Shown: positions 1-10,859, counted from the first letter of the stretch. The stretch: 64,000 nucleotides of DNA from Raillietiella orientalis (GCA_036172245.1 JAYWIR010000011.1:3844001-3908000); one strand, 5' to 3'. The notes: generated from the sequence alone by a model not told the origin. Made by a program: numbers and translations.

Positions 1-600
1 ACGACCCCGCAGTGCTGCGCAGAGGCTGCAGCATTGCCAATACGAGGAGCTCCATGACCATGGCTTTCTCAGGAAATGCTCGGAAGAACGTTCACTTTCT
101 GGGATTTTACAGTTGCCCTGCTCTCTGGTTCTTCCGCTACTAGAGGACAATGACAGCCTCGAAAATGCGCAAAGACTGTGACTTCCCTCAAGCGAGACGT
201 TCCCAATTGCCATAGCTTGCATTGGAAATGCAAACTAGTGATACAGGCTAACAACGTAGAACGCGTGGTACCCTCATGGTAATAATGGATAGGCAGCGTA
301 GTGCTCGCTTGCTTCCCTGTTCAGCACATACCTCGGAAGTCATGTTCATCGTCACGAGGCCGGTGCATCCCATGTCCTATTTCTTTATCCACTTATGAGT
401 CCACTCTTCTAGCCCTCTGCTCCCTCCCTAGGCAGGTCCCCAGAGACAGGACCCTTTCGTTTTGAGCACGAAGATGTCTGACCCTTTCTTATTACATTCA
501 TATTTTATTCATTTATTTTGAAAATGGCCTGGATTCCTGAATGGCTGTACTTTTCATTCGGCGTGCTTGAATGAAAAGTACCGTGAGCTCTTCTGCACCA
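1..600 (+). mobile_element. Probable 3' end remnant of a non-LTR retrotransposon
   Basis: A degenerate zinc-finger-like peptide (HCQYEELHDHGFLRKC) near the start is followed by a T-rich tract (~490-520) and a hairpin at 547-581. The hairpin's GG-CGTGC loop region resembles the 3' hairpin of the other LINE copies. Confidence 0.35.
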
Positions 601-874
601 GGCTGAAAAGGCCGCTAGTTCGAAATGTACCTGAGGTTCGCCTCTTCCCCGGTACATGAGGAGATCGTTAACGCAACCCGACGAAGCATCCTGATCGATT
701 GACGAACCTCGGTACTTTCCTTCGAGCTGTCAGATGGCGAGATCACCCAGGCTCTGTGTGAAGCTGAAGACGAAGCTATCTCTTCTTCACGGAGCAGCCG
801 TTCCATGTATGGGAGGGTGGCGAGTGGGAACCCTCGTTGCTGTTCTTAGCTTATGAGTGCATTTGTTGGTCAGC

Positions 875-1980
875 TGCTCAAAGAACTGTTCGCCTCCTTC
901 AGGGGTTCACGGAACTCCCCGGAACTGTCCACGCCACCTAGGGACGCGTGTGACTCCTCCAGTCAGGGGTTGGCCCGGGTAGGGACCAACTTATGCGTTG
1001 CGGGTTCCAATCCCACCGAAGGGAAAAATCCCTGCTGAGAATGGGGGTGCGTCTTGGGTTTTGAGTCACTTCCTCAGGATGGCACTGGTTGATCTGCAGA
1101 CTTCGAGTGAGGCACTGGTGGAAGCAGCCGGAAACCGGATGCTCCCGTCGACTGGCCGGGATCAGAGGCAGACCTTCCAGGGTCCTCCCACGAATCGAGA
1201 AATTCTTCCCCCGAAGGCAGTTCCCCTTCGGTTGTGCAAACGGAGCCGTCCACCCCCCTCAATCCAGGAAGGATTCGGAGTTCGTTCCTCTCACTCCTGG
1301 GAAGGGATCCCTCGAAATGGAGATCACCTCCACCCTGGTGGTCAAAAGAGGGATCCTGAAGGGAATCTCCTTCCTTATTCTCTCTGGAGGATCCCCGGGG
1401 GGTCTGCTCCATTCTTTCTTCTCTGAGAGGAACCCGGAAAGGATCCGATCCTGGAATTTCTTCTCCAAAGGGATCTCTCGAAAGGGATTCGCTCCTGTTT
1501 ATTTCTCTGAAGAGAACCCAGAAGGGACGCTTCCAAAATTCAGAAGAACGCAGCTTCCCCGAAGGGCTCGGCTCGCTTCTCTGCACTCTCTGGAGAGGTG
1601 GTGGAGACACACCTACTCCATCAATATGACACGGAGGGTCGACTGGTTGATACTTTCCTTGGGGAATTGCCTCTCCAGTGTCAGGAAGGGACTGCCGCTT
1701 CCTCCAGGGAGCTTCCGTCGGAGATATTGGGATGCTTTCCTTCGGGGATCTCTTCAGAGAAGAGGAACAAGGAACGGTTGCCTTGCGGGTGCCCTCCGTA
1801 GAAGAAATCCAGAAACGCATCTTTTCCGGGTTCCTTTCAGAGAAGAAACAGGGTGTGGCCTCTTATGGAGAGTCCCTCCGGAGAGAACAAGGAAGAATAT
1901 CCCTCCAGGGTTCCCTACCAAGCGGAACGGACTCCTTCCTCCGGAGCCCTTCCTGTTTGCTGCTTGAGAAGACCACCGTT
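875..1980. mobile_element. Rearranged tRNA-headed SINE-like element (internal inversion plus nested segment of a second subfamily)
   Basis: 875-995 is the reverse complement of the SINE tail. 996-1260 is the head/5' body on + (B-box GGGTTCCAATCCC). 1261-1640 is a minus-strand body closely matching 13370-13750. 1641-1955 is + body. 1956-1980 (AGACCACCGT) is the reversed start of the head. Confidence 0.8.
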
Positions 1981-1989
1981 TTCCCAGTA

Positions 1990-2400
1990 CTCTTCGCCCA
2001 TGTCTCAGTGATTCTTTGGTTTCTTCAGTATTCCATTATTCCCTGGATTCCATTCTTGAAAATCCCGCGAGAAATGCCTGTACTCACTCGGGGACCCCTC
2101 TGAAGTAGGAGTGAAAAGCCAACGATTGCTATTCACTGGCTCTCTTAGCCCCTCTGGAACCGCCACTGAGTTCCCGACAGCACAGACGACGCCCAGGATG
2201 ATCACCTTCCTTTTGTCATGGGGCACCGGGTCAGAGGTCAGTTTGGAGCTCATCTCTGGGAATAGGCTGTTTGATTGCCACCAGAGTGTAGCTGCTCCCA
2301 GCTGCTCCCAGATAGCCGCGTTGATTTCACCTAGCAGTTGATCATGTCTTTCGGTGACAATCAGAAATTCTACCTGGTCGCCGGTGGTTTGAGGAAATGC
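1990..2400 (-). mobile_element. Possible APE-endonuclease remnant of a LINE ORF2
   Basis: Minus-strand KVIILG...RDFQEWNPG resembles the IILGDFN and D-x-(W/F)R-x-x-NP motifs of LINE endonucleases; heavily decayed. Confidence 0.3.
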
Positions 2401-2444
2401 TGAATCAAGTCCGCACTGCCAACGCAGTAGTCAAAGACATGTTT

Positions 2445-2885
2445 GTTGTCACCTGGTCATTCTGGAGCGTTTCTTTAAAAAAGTTGGAAACTGAGTTCCC
2501 GAAAAAGAACAAAAAGTTCAACAGAAATGACCACCGGTACTCAGGCCGGTTTTGGGGGCGGTCCGGAGTGGGATAAGGGGACAGCGAATAAATGAAATAA
2601 GACGGGAGTCTTTGGTTTCAGCTATTCCCTTCTTCCTGCAGCTGGCGCTGAATGCTAGCCATCTCCCTGACGACTTCTCCTGGAAGGTGAGACCACCTTG
2701 CAGAAGTCCTCATCAAGGCGGTTACCCAAGTGGCCTCCGTTCGCTGCGAATGTGACTCCAACACATGACAGACAGTCACTATTGTACGGATGCAATAGAT
2801 GGTCGCGACCGCAGAACCCGTCTTCAGTCCGCCTTCAACAGTCTCCTCCCACCACCTTTCACTCAGTTCTTTCTCTTGTGAATTT
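2445..2885 (-). mobile_element. L1/Tx1-like LINE ORF2 C-terminus and 3' UTR fragment
   Basis: Minus-strand VATIYCIRTIVTVCHVLESHSQRTEATWVTALMRTSARWSHL aligns with VACIRSIVTVLHVLESRSRRREVTSMAAALMRTAAKWPHL at 23835-23965. A degenerate 3' motif lies at ~2450-2478. Confidence 0.65.
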
Positions 2886-3039
2886 TCCCAAAGTAAGTTT
2901 TTTTTTTTTCTTTCCTGAGTATGTGCTTTTCCATTAGTATCTAAGTGGAGAATGTTTGGGATGAGAAAGATAAGCTTGTCAGTAAAGAAAAGTTACCGAG
3001 AGAAGCACATGCGGTTTACGGATGACTTCTCTTCGCTCC

Positions 3040-3490
3040 GAGCATCTGTACAACGAAGTTTGATTTGTTTTCATTGATGCCGAGCAATCCGTACACCGCA
3101 CTGAGTGAGGTGTTGAGGTGTCTCTTGACCTCAGCCGCGAAACGACTTCCAAAATATCCAGTCATTGGAGCCACCTCACAACTACAGCTGAGTGGATTTA
3201 AGCGTATTAGCCACAACCAAGAACTTGAAAACAATTCAGGGACTTGTAGCAGTCTCAGCTCTTTTCTTTCAGACTAGTATCGCTTGAGACCTTCTAAAGG
3301 GCTGAGTCCCCGAACAACGCAGAAGAATTCTTGGATGTTCGATGCCCACCGTGGGAGAAAGGAAATTCATAGACTGCCGCCTGACTTTCATTTAGTTGCT
3401 AATGCGACCAAAGCACTAGCAACGAAATGAAGATATCGTTCTCTTTATGCGGTGGTTGCCAGAAGTGCGCAGTGATCAAAGAACAAACGC
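3040..3490 (+). pseudogene. UPF1/DNA2/NAM7-like superfamily-1 helicase pseudogene fragment
   Basis: Ordered motifs with frameshifts and stops: FD(L)VFIDAEQ (cf. FDxVIIDEAxQ), SEVLRCL, VIGATSQLQ (cf. LIGDHxQL), FLSD*YRLRP (cf. LxxQYRMxP; TAG from CAG), then FLDV..WEKGNS (cf. FxDVxGxE..S..N). Confidence 0.55.
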
Positions 3491-3664
3491 ACAAGAGTTT
3501 TCCAAATAGGAAGCAAACCTGAATGGGAGGTTTCACTTCATAGGATGTAAATGCTATGAAATAATGTTGTAATGAAATAATGAATCCTCTGTATCTTGAA
3601 TAAGTATGGAATCGCACACGTTAATTTGCATACGCATAAGTAGATATGTATGAAAATGCATCTA

Positions 3665-3740
3665 CAGTCGTACCTCGATACTCGTCGGCACTCTTCACGA
3701 GTTCCGGAACGAATTACAGACGAGTGCTGAGATACGACTG
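3665..3740. mobile_element. 76-bp Tc1/mariner (pogo/Tigger-like) MITE
   Basis: Imperfect 22-bp terminal inverted repeats CAGTCGTACCTCGATACTCGTC / GACGAGTGCTGAGATACGACTG, flanked by TA on both sides (3663-3664, 3741-3742). Confidence 0.7.
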
Positions 3741-4734
3741 TAATAATAGGCATAGTAAATATAATTTACCGTCTTGAATACACGTATGAATTTTTGCTTC
3801 CAGGATAAAGTTGTCCATCTTTTTGTATATCGAAGTAATCCCACGGCGTCTCCAAAATGTGGCGTTCGTTGCTGCCAATATGATAATCTGATGTCGGGTA
3901 GTACTAAGACGTTGTTAGCGTTACCTAGCATCGTGTGAGCATGGACACGATGGTAAATTCAGCGGAAGCAGTGGATGATAAATTCTCACCTTCGGTATCA
4001 AGCAAGAGATCGCATTCATGCGGTATAAAAAAGAGCATCTACTTTTCGCAGGCTCTTCCGGAGTCAGGCGTTTCGTCACAGCTTCCGAAGACCCCGTTTG
4101 ACGACGAGGAAACCGCTGACGCGAGTGCTCCGTGACTCCCACTCCGCAGCGTGCGGAGCGGGTGCACAGAGAAGCATCAACAAAATTCGATCAGAGAACT
4201 TCTGAGCAGCCTCATCATCATGTGGATGCGTACGCGCCCCATCGGAGGCTCGTCCGCAGTCAGCAGCAGCTCGAACGTGAGAGCCCCCATCAACAGCTTG
4301 ATTCCCTTGACAGCTGATGGGTTGGTCAGGATGGACCCCTTCTCGTTTTCCAAGCGAAGGAAGTGCAAGCTGTCTCTATGTAGCGTCTTCTTCGGTGGGG
4401 ATCCGATCCACACACGCTTCCTGCGTTGGGAAAGTCGCCCTTCGGATCGGTCCCTCTCTACGCGGGTTTGCTAGAGTTCCAAAAAATCCCACACCAAGTC
4501 CGTGTCTGGAAGACCTTTTCTGGCAAACTTCATTCTGGTTCCTAAGAGGCTCCTACTCGTCAGCGCGCTTTTCTAGCCATCCGAGGGGATGACGCATAGC
4601 CTCTGCAAAGACTACTCCAAACGAAAGGGCTATCATCTGGTTTCCCGTTGTCGTTGAAGCAGTCGCTCAAGTCCGAAAGTTTCCTGATTTGAACGGTCTG
4701 GTTCCTTTTGAAGGAAATTTAATAGGAATTCCCT

Positions 4735-6050
4735 TTCATCCGATCGCGCCTGGTCGCTTCTTTCTTGAAAAGCAGACACACAAAAAAGGAACAGACATAC
4801 AAAAACTGGGGAAACGATGTCCCAAGAGTGACGAACGAAGAATATCCGGGAGGGTTCACCGACACCAGCAGGTCAGGGGCATTGCTCATCGGTATGGGCC
4901 GTTTCTCCTTCCCTACGGCCTTCTAGAGATGTGAGTGGGTGAGCTTGCTGGAGAGTTATTGGTGCATGTAGGACCACCTCGTTGCAGTTCTCATGGAGAT
5001 CGACTAATAGGCGGGTAACTTCGCTGCGCTGCGAGGGTAGCCCCGAGGCGAGCTGCCAAGATGGCGAGCACACAACTCACCGTTGAGATCACCGAGACAC
5101 ACGTAAAGCCTTCTCGCAGCAAGTCCTTTGTGGTGGCCTCCTGGTGCAGCAGAGCTGAAGCCGGTCCTCGCCACAATTCCTGGAGGGTACCGCAGTCCAG
5201 CAATAGGTTCAGGAACGATTCGATAAATCCCTCGCTTGGAATGGTTCGGAGACACAGTTGCCCCGGAAACGAGGCGCAGGGCATTTTTACTCTAGAAATC
5301 TGAGTGAAGGAAGGGCATTTCCTCGTACTTCCAATCAATCTATGTAGGTGCACCGAAGCGTTCATCCAAAGAGCAGGGACCACAAGGTCTATGGGGGCAT
5401 CGCCCTGAACCAAACTTTTGGCTGGACGCCAAAGAACTGCTCCATGGGATGGTGGTTCCACCAGCTCTCTCGTCTTTCATACACCTTGGAGTTTTGTACT
5501 TCCGCAGAAATGCAAGAGAGCGCGCACCCTGCAGTTGGTTTCTGTAGGGTGAGTTCGCCCTGAGAACGGAAGGCGCTGCAGCACAGGGTGTGACAACCAG
5601 TATGGACCATTTCCTGGAGCCCTGCAGCAGTACTTCTAAAAGGTTGCTGAGCAGATTCTTCAGGGCACGAAGTTCTTCGGGGATCACTTGGAAGGTGGAT
5701 GCCCAAAGCGGTTTCCTGTCCTCAAGCTTTGAAATTCCTGGGATTCCAGGAGATCCAGCGATACCGCTCCAACATTGAGGTTATCCGCCTCAGAGGATAT
5801 CCATACCCCTTCATCTTTTAGTTGTCTCTGGGCACCATGAAAAGGAGTCCTTTACAGCCTTCGCAACGCCGTAGGATGCGGTGTGAAGGTGCACCACGGG
5901 ACATCCCACAAATTGGAACAAACGGCCAGAATTCTCAACTGCGATTGCAGTTCCACCTTGCTCAGTGTCAGGATGTTTGGTCCAGCACCCTGACACGGTG
6001 CCATCAAAGCCTTCGAGGCAGACCTGAGATACCTTGCACTGCCCTACAAG
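4735..6050 (-). mobile_element. L1/Tx1-like LINE ORF2 3' portion (decayed)
   Basis: KALMAPCQGAGPNILTLSKVELQ aligns with DLCAPRRDGGLGLLTLECMEVQ (24060-24130). ESFLNLLLDCGTLQELW corresponds to the zinc-finger exit motif. A degenerate 3' hairpin motif lies at ~4738-4760. Confidence 0.6.
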
Positions 6051-6224
6051 GCTTTACTCTAAAAGGAATTTTGCCCGGATCTTCGCCGAACGGGGGAGGG
6101 GGGAGAAAAAAAACGAAAAACAAGGGGCAACAAAGGTGTTTTAGATCGTGGTACGTGCCGGCAGTGTGACCTTGCCTTCAGGGAACGGACCGAGGGCCAT
6201 CTCAGTATTTTGAAGTTGGACTGC

Positions 6225-6990
6225 CCCTGAAATGACTGCCTTTGAATGTGCCCCTGGGAGAACCGTGCGTCCCTCCCTTGTGCCTAAGCATTTCCGTGCT
6301 CCCCCTCAGACGCAGCACGGTGTGATGCTCCACTTGCACCGGGGTCTCCCATGCAACCAGCGTATGCACCACGTGACGAGGGGGGAGGTCTCTCACAAGT
6401 GCAGCAGTCACGGTGCTATCGAGTCGTTCCCTCGCTTGTTTGGAGGAGGAGATGGAGAACGACCGTGGCCGGCGTTCCCCATCGGCTGCGGGAACGGCTG
6501 GCGTCAGCTCTCCTGCAACCCAAGGATTTGCCAGCAGAGCTTCTGCATGGGCGCTTCTCGCCAGATGGCCTCACGCCCGGCCGCTGTCATGCTGGCGCTG
6601 CCCTGCATCCTCGTGCATCCTCACGGTCCGCCACTCGCTGCAGAAGCAACAACGAGAAGCTACTTGCATTGCTGTCTCTTTCGTGAAGAAGGTTTGCAGG
6701 AGACCCCAACGGAACCAAGAAATCAGGGAGATCGCCACCGTCATCTCGCAGGAGTTTCAGAAAAGGAACAGGAATCGAGATGAGTCCCCCTGATGTCCCC
6801 CATCATTTATTTAGTCCCCTGGTCCCCACTAATGCAACGTTTTCTAAACTGACTTGCGAATCGGCGAGCCCTCCCAAGTTAAACTCTTTAATTGCAAAGG
6901 ACTAGGTTCCTTGCATTTATGTTTTTATTAAAGGAAAACTCCCGGCGCAACCGGGCGAAAAACCTTTTGAAGGCGGGACCGCTCTCTTGC
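6225..6990 (+). mobile_element. L1/Tx1-like LINE ORF2 C-terminus (zf-RVT) and 3' UTR
   Basis: LHRGLPCNQRMHHVTRGEVSHKC..ESFPRLF is homologous to 24760-24900 and 32100-32270. ATTAAA is followed by the CCCGG-CGCAA-CCGGG hairpin at 6941-6955. Confidence 0.7.
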
Positions 6991-6999
6991 GAGAGCAGA

Positions 7000-7960
7000 A
7001 AATAGCCCAGCGGAACGCGTAGGGAGTAAAAGTACCCGCCCATGAGGATCCTTAGGCGGATCCAATCCCGAATGCCTTCTCCAAAACGATCCTCCGACAG
7101 GGACGACCACGGCGTTTCGTCCTGTTGAAACAGGACGAAGAGCCGTGAGGATTGGATCGAAGAACATAAGGCTCATGGAAACTCGGAAATCCACCGAGTC
7201 TTCTTGATTTGATCACAAAGGAAAGCGTTGCCATTGAGACTGCGTGTTCTGAATGTCGAAACAACTGTGGGTACTCTGGCCATCGTCGCATCTAATGTTT
7301 GCCCGAAGAGGATAGACGTGTATTCTTAGAAACCAAACCTTGAAGTTTGCATCCTTAGTGAGGCATCTCTCCGTATAATTCCTAGCTTAGTTCCGCTGCT
7401 CCGTGAAGAGCAGATAGATGCTGCTCATCTTGGACGCTCGGTGCTCGGTTCTTCAGAGAAATGCGATAAATTCAGCTGGAGAATCTCCTCAGGATGCAGA
7501 AGAGCTGAAACCAGCCCCTCGTCCAATAGGTAGGAGGGCGCCCTTGGAGCTGAGTGCTCCTCCAGTTGCCTTTTTGTCTTTTCGAGAGCTACGTTGATGT
7601 AGAGGGAACCAGACGCACACAAACCCGTTGCGGCGCAGGGACACCAGAGCTCCGCATGCCTCCTGCTTCACTTGAGAACGGAGGAGAAGGGTGAGACTCG
7701 AGAGGCTAGCCCAAGAGGCGAAACGCAGCGCCTCTGTTCTCCCTTAGGGCTGCAGAGCTGGAGATCAGGAGTCGAACGTTACGTACCTCACTCACAGAGG
7801 ACTGATACTGGAACGAAATCTCAGTCCTCTGTGAGAAGGGAGGATCGAAAAGTGTACCGAGTCGATCACCCTCTGGGATCATTCTCCGGGGTCCGCTGGT
7901 GACTCCGGTTTCATCCTACAAGGATTTGGAATTATCCAGACCACATGGGATTCTTTGGAG
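7000..7960 (-). mobile_element. Possible LINE remnants (ORF1-like motif and EN-RT linker)
   Basis: PLRILMGG-like motif at ~7035-7065, and EACGALVSLRR (cf. the linker motif A-x-GA-x-x-RSR) at ~7630-7665; weak. Confidence 0.25.
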
Positions 7961-8288
7961 AAGGAAGGCTTACAGCGGTAAGCTGTGCCGCAGACCACCC
8001 ACCTCTAAAGACAAAGTCAGAAAAAAAGGAAGAGAAAAACCGCATTCGGGAACTGAATAATCTGGTGTGGAAGGGCTGCGATCGAGTCTTTCGAGGTCGG
8101 AAGGGTGGCTGGCAGATCCACCAGGCTCAAAGCCACAAGAGAAAAAACCCTTAATGAGAAAAAGTTTCTGTACAGTCGAAAACGTGCGTGAGTACACTTT
8201 GCCCTCCGACGAGTACGGATCTCCACAATGAGGGGGGGAGGATCCGTGGAGTTGAACCACAGCTGCGTGCAAAAAGTATGTTTGTCAG

Positions 8289-9062
8289 GCCCGCGTTGGC
8301 GGTCACGTGGATGCAGTCCCCGCGCGTGGTGCCAAGCGTCGCGGGTTTGAATCCCACCAGGAATAAGGGGGTGCGTCTTGGGTTCCGAGTCCCCTACGCA
8401 GGATGACGCTGGTTGGCTCATGAGCTTCGAGTGAGGCAATGGTGGAAGCCGGATGTCCCCTTGACTCGCCAGGATTGGAAGCTGATCAGCGTCGTTCCAG
8501 GAATCAAGCAGCCGATTCCATCCGGGTTCCCTTCTTCGGTTGTGAAGAAGAATAAAGCCGTCCACCCCATCGAGAAGGTAGGGGGCGAGGAACCCTTCAT
8601 CTCGTTTTACGGAGCTTGTGGATCGATACCTCTTTAGAGTGCAAGGAGAGCTCTACTCTCTTCGGGGAGAGCTCTTCAGAGAAATTTGGAGACATCCCTC
8701 CGGGGTTCTCTTCAGAGGAACAGCAAGGATCGGATCCTTTCCGGAGAGTCCTCCGGAGAAGAGACTTTAAGAGCGAATCTTTTCCGGGTTCCCTTAGTAG
8801 AAGAAACAAGAAGTGTCCTACCTGCGATGGGTCCCCTCAGAGAGAAAGTAAGGAAAAAGCTTCGTTCGAATAGTAAGGGAGGAAATGATTCCTTCCTTGG
8901 GAACCTTCCTGGATTCATAGGGTAGTCCCTCCGAGGTTGCTCGCTGACTTGAAATGTCACACATGCACCCTCGGGCACTGGGCATGGGTGATGTCAAAGA
9001 GCTATTGCTAGTTTCCCTAAAGAGAAGAACGGTTCTTCATCACTTGTCGAACCAAAAAAAAA
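8289..9062 (+). mobile_element. tRNA-headed SINE-like element, subfamily B, full length
   Basis: Head GCCCGCGTTGGCGGTCACGTGG (A-box-like) ... GGGTTTGAATCCC (B-box), conserved body, ~40-bp repeat array, TTCCTGGATTCATAGGG, tail GGTTCTTCATCAC and an A-run. Confidence 0.8.
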
Positions 9063-9794
9063 GCTGGAAGGAAAGCAGAGAAAACGAAGAACCCAAGAGG
9101 ATTTCCAGCATCCAAGGCCAATAATGCCGATCTCCTCGCTACGTCGCTTTTGGCCTTTTTTCCTTTTTTAAGCAAGAAAACAAAAACGAATCTGACTTCT
9201 TTCGTGAGTTCCCCCTTTTCTCTCCTCCTTGTGTACGTGATCCTCTTTATTCTCTTAATTCGTGTGGATTGTGTCTCTGAAAAGGCCTACATCTGTGCGG
9301 TTTTGAGGCTGTCAGATTTTGGTCTTTTGCAGGAAACGATAAAGGTCAGTATTTGGTGACCAGTGCACCGGAATCATCTGAACCCAGCCAACGATTTTTC
9401 GCTCAGATTGCACCAACGAATTTTTTCCTTGCCATTGGGCCAGAGCAAGTAACCCACGCTAACTGTATTTATGAGCAACCAGCTGAGCAGTCCGCAGATT
9501 CTCTCATCTACGCCATCGGGCTTTCTACATAAGCCGCCCAAGAACTCTGTTGCTTTATGTTCTGGAAGCTGCGCGGAGCCCTCGGCGCTTTCGAATTCCG
9601 CCGGCTGTTCCGAGATGTTGCGTCACTAGATGCGTTGGTCCCGACATCCGGCTGTAAATTCGAAGGCTGGACCTCTTTTCGCACATAGCTGTCTTGGCAT
9701 CAGCACGAAAGAAGGCTGTTTAGGAGATCAGCTGGATAAGAGCGCGCTTGTCGCATGTCTCTGAGAGATCCTCGAAACATCCCGCGCGCAGGTG

Positions 9795-10555
9795 GCCCGC
9801 GTCGGAGGCCGTGTGGTTACGGTGGTCTCCGCGCGTGGCACCACCAAGCGTCATGGGTTCGAATACTCCGAAGGGATCGGCGCAGTGCGTCGTGGGTTCC
9901 AAGTTCACCCCACAAGATCACGCTGGTTGGCCTATATTCATTCGGGTGCGGCACTGGTAGCAGTTCAAACCGGATGCCTCCGATGAGGGCCGAGACAAAT
10001 GGGAGTCGACTTCCGGGTCCTTCGAGGAATCACGGAGTGGGAGCTCCCCTCCGGTTGTGAAGGGACAGACCTCCGCATCGTACTGATGGAGCAGGTGTGT
10101 CGCCACCGCCTCCCCAGAGAGAGCAGAGAAGCGAGCCGATCCCTTCAGGGAAGCTGCATCCTTGTGAATTTCGGAAGCGTCTCTTCTGGGTTGTCTTCAG
10201 AGGAGTAAAAGCAGGAGCGGATCCCTTTCGGGGAATCCCTCCGGAGAAGAAATTCCAGGATCGGATCCTTTCCGGGTTCCCTTCAGAGAAGAAAGAATGG
10301 AGCGGATCCCTCGGAGGTCCTCCGGAAAGAATAAGGAAGGAAATTTCCTTCAGAATTCCCCTTAGTAGACAACCAGGGTGGAGATGATCTCCATTTCGAG
10401 GGATCCCTCCCCAGGCGTGAGAGGAACGGACTCCGAGTCCTTCCTGGATTCATAGGGTGGTCTCCTCCCGGGATACCCCCTATCTTGAAAAATTGCCCAC
10501 CCTCGGGTGGCGTGTCGAAGAACTGCGGAGACAGAGAAGAAAGATTTACATCATC
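9795..10555 (+). mobile_element. tRNA-headed SINE-like element, subfamily A, full length
   Basis: Starts GCCCGCGTCGGAGGCC, B-box GGGTTCGAATAC, ends GATTTACATCATC. It is a highly similar reverse complement of 13265-14047. Confidence 0.85.
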
Positions 10556-10859
10556 CACCTTCCTGAGAAACCGTCAAGGGAATTTTTTCCCTGGAACCTG
10601 CTTGAAAGGGGCATCACTTTTTCAGAACCAGCAAGCAGCCTTTGCGGTCTCGTTCGGGAGGAAGGTCAGCGCTCACATCCTCTCGTTTTCCTGGCCAGCA
10701 ACCCGGATCGATCCGGAGGAGACAAAGGCTCGAATCATTTGACTCCGAAACCCTCGATGCTAGAAATGGGTTGCGCGATACACCAAATCAGATTTAACAG
10801 TTTTGCTGCAACCATCAATAATGCCGCGAACAGGCGGTGTCAGCGAATGCAGCGATATT

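Noticed and set aside
1074..1967. Long ORFs of 248 aa (-) and 292 aa (+)
   Set aside because: They lie entirely within the rearranged SINE; stop-poor repeat sequence with no protein motifs.
8289..8362. Functional tRNA genes at the SINE heads
   Set aside because: A/B boxes are present, but I could not fold consistent acceptor and anticodon stems, and each head is fused to the same repeat body.
10180..10400. CRISPR-like periodic hairpin repeats
   Set aside because: The units are degenerate, the linkers resemble each other rather than being unique spacers, there are no cas genes, and the array is internal to a dispersed eukaryotic repeat.
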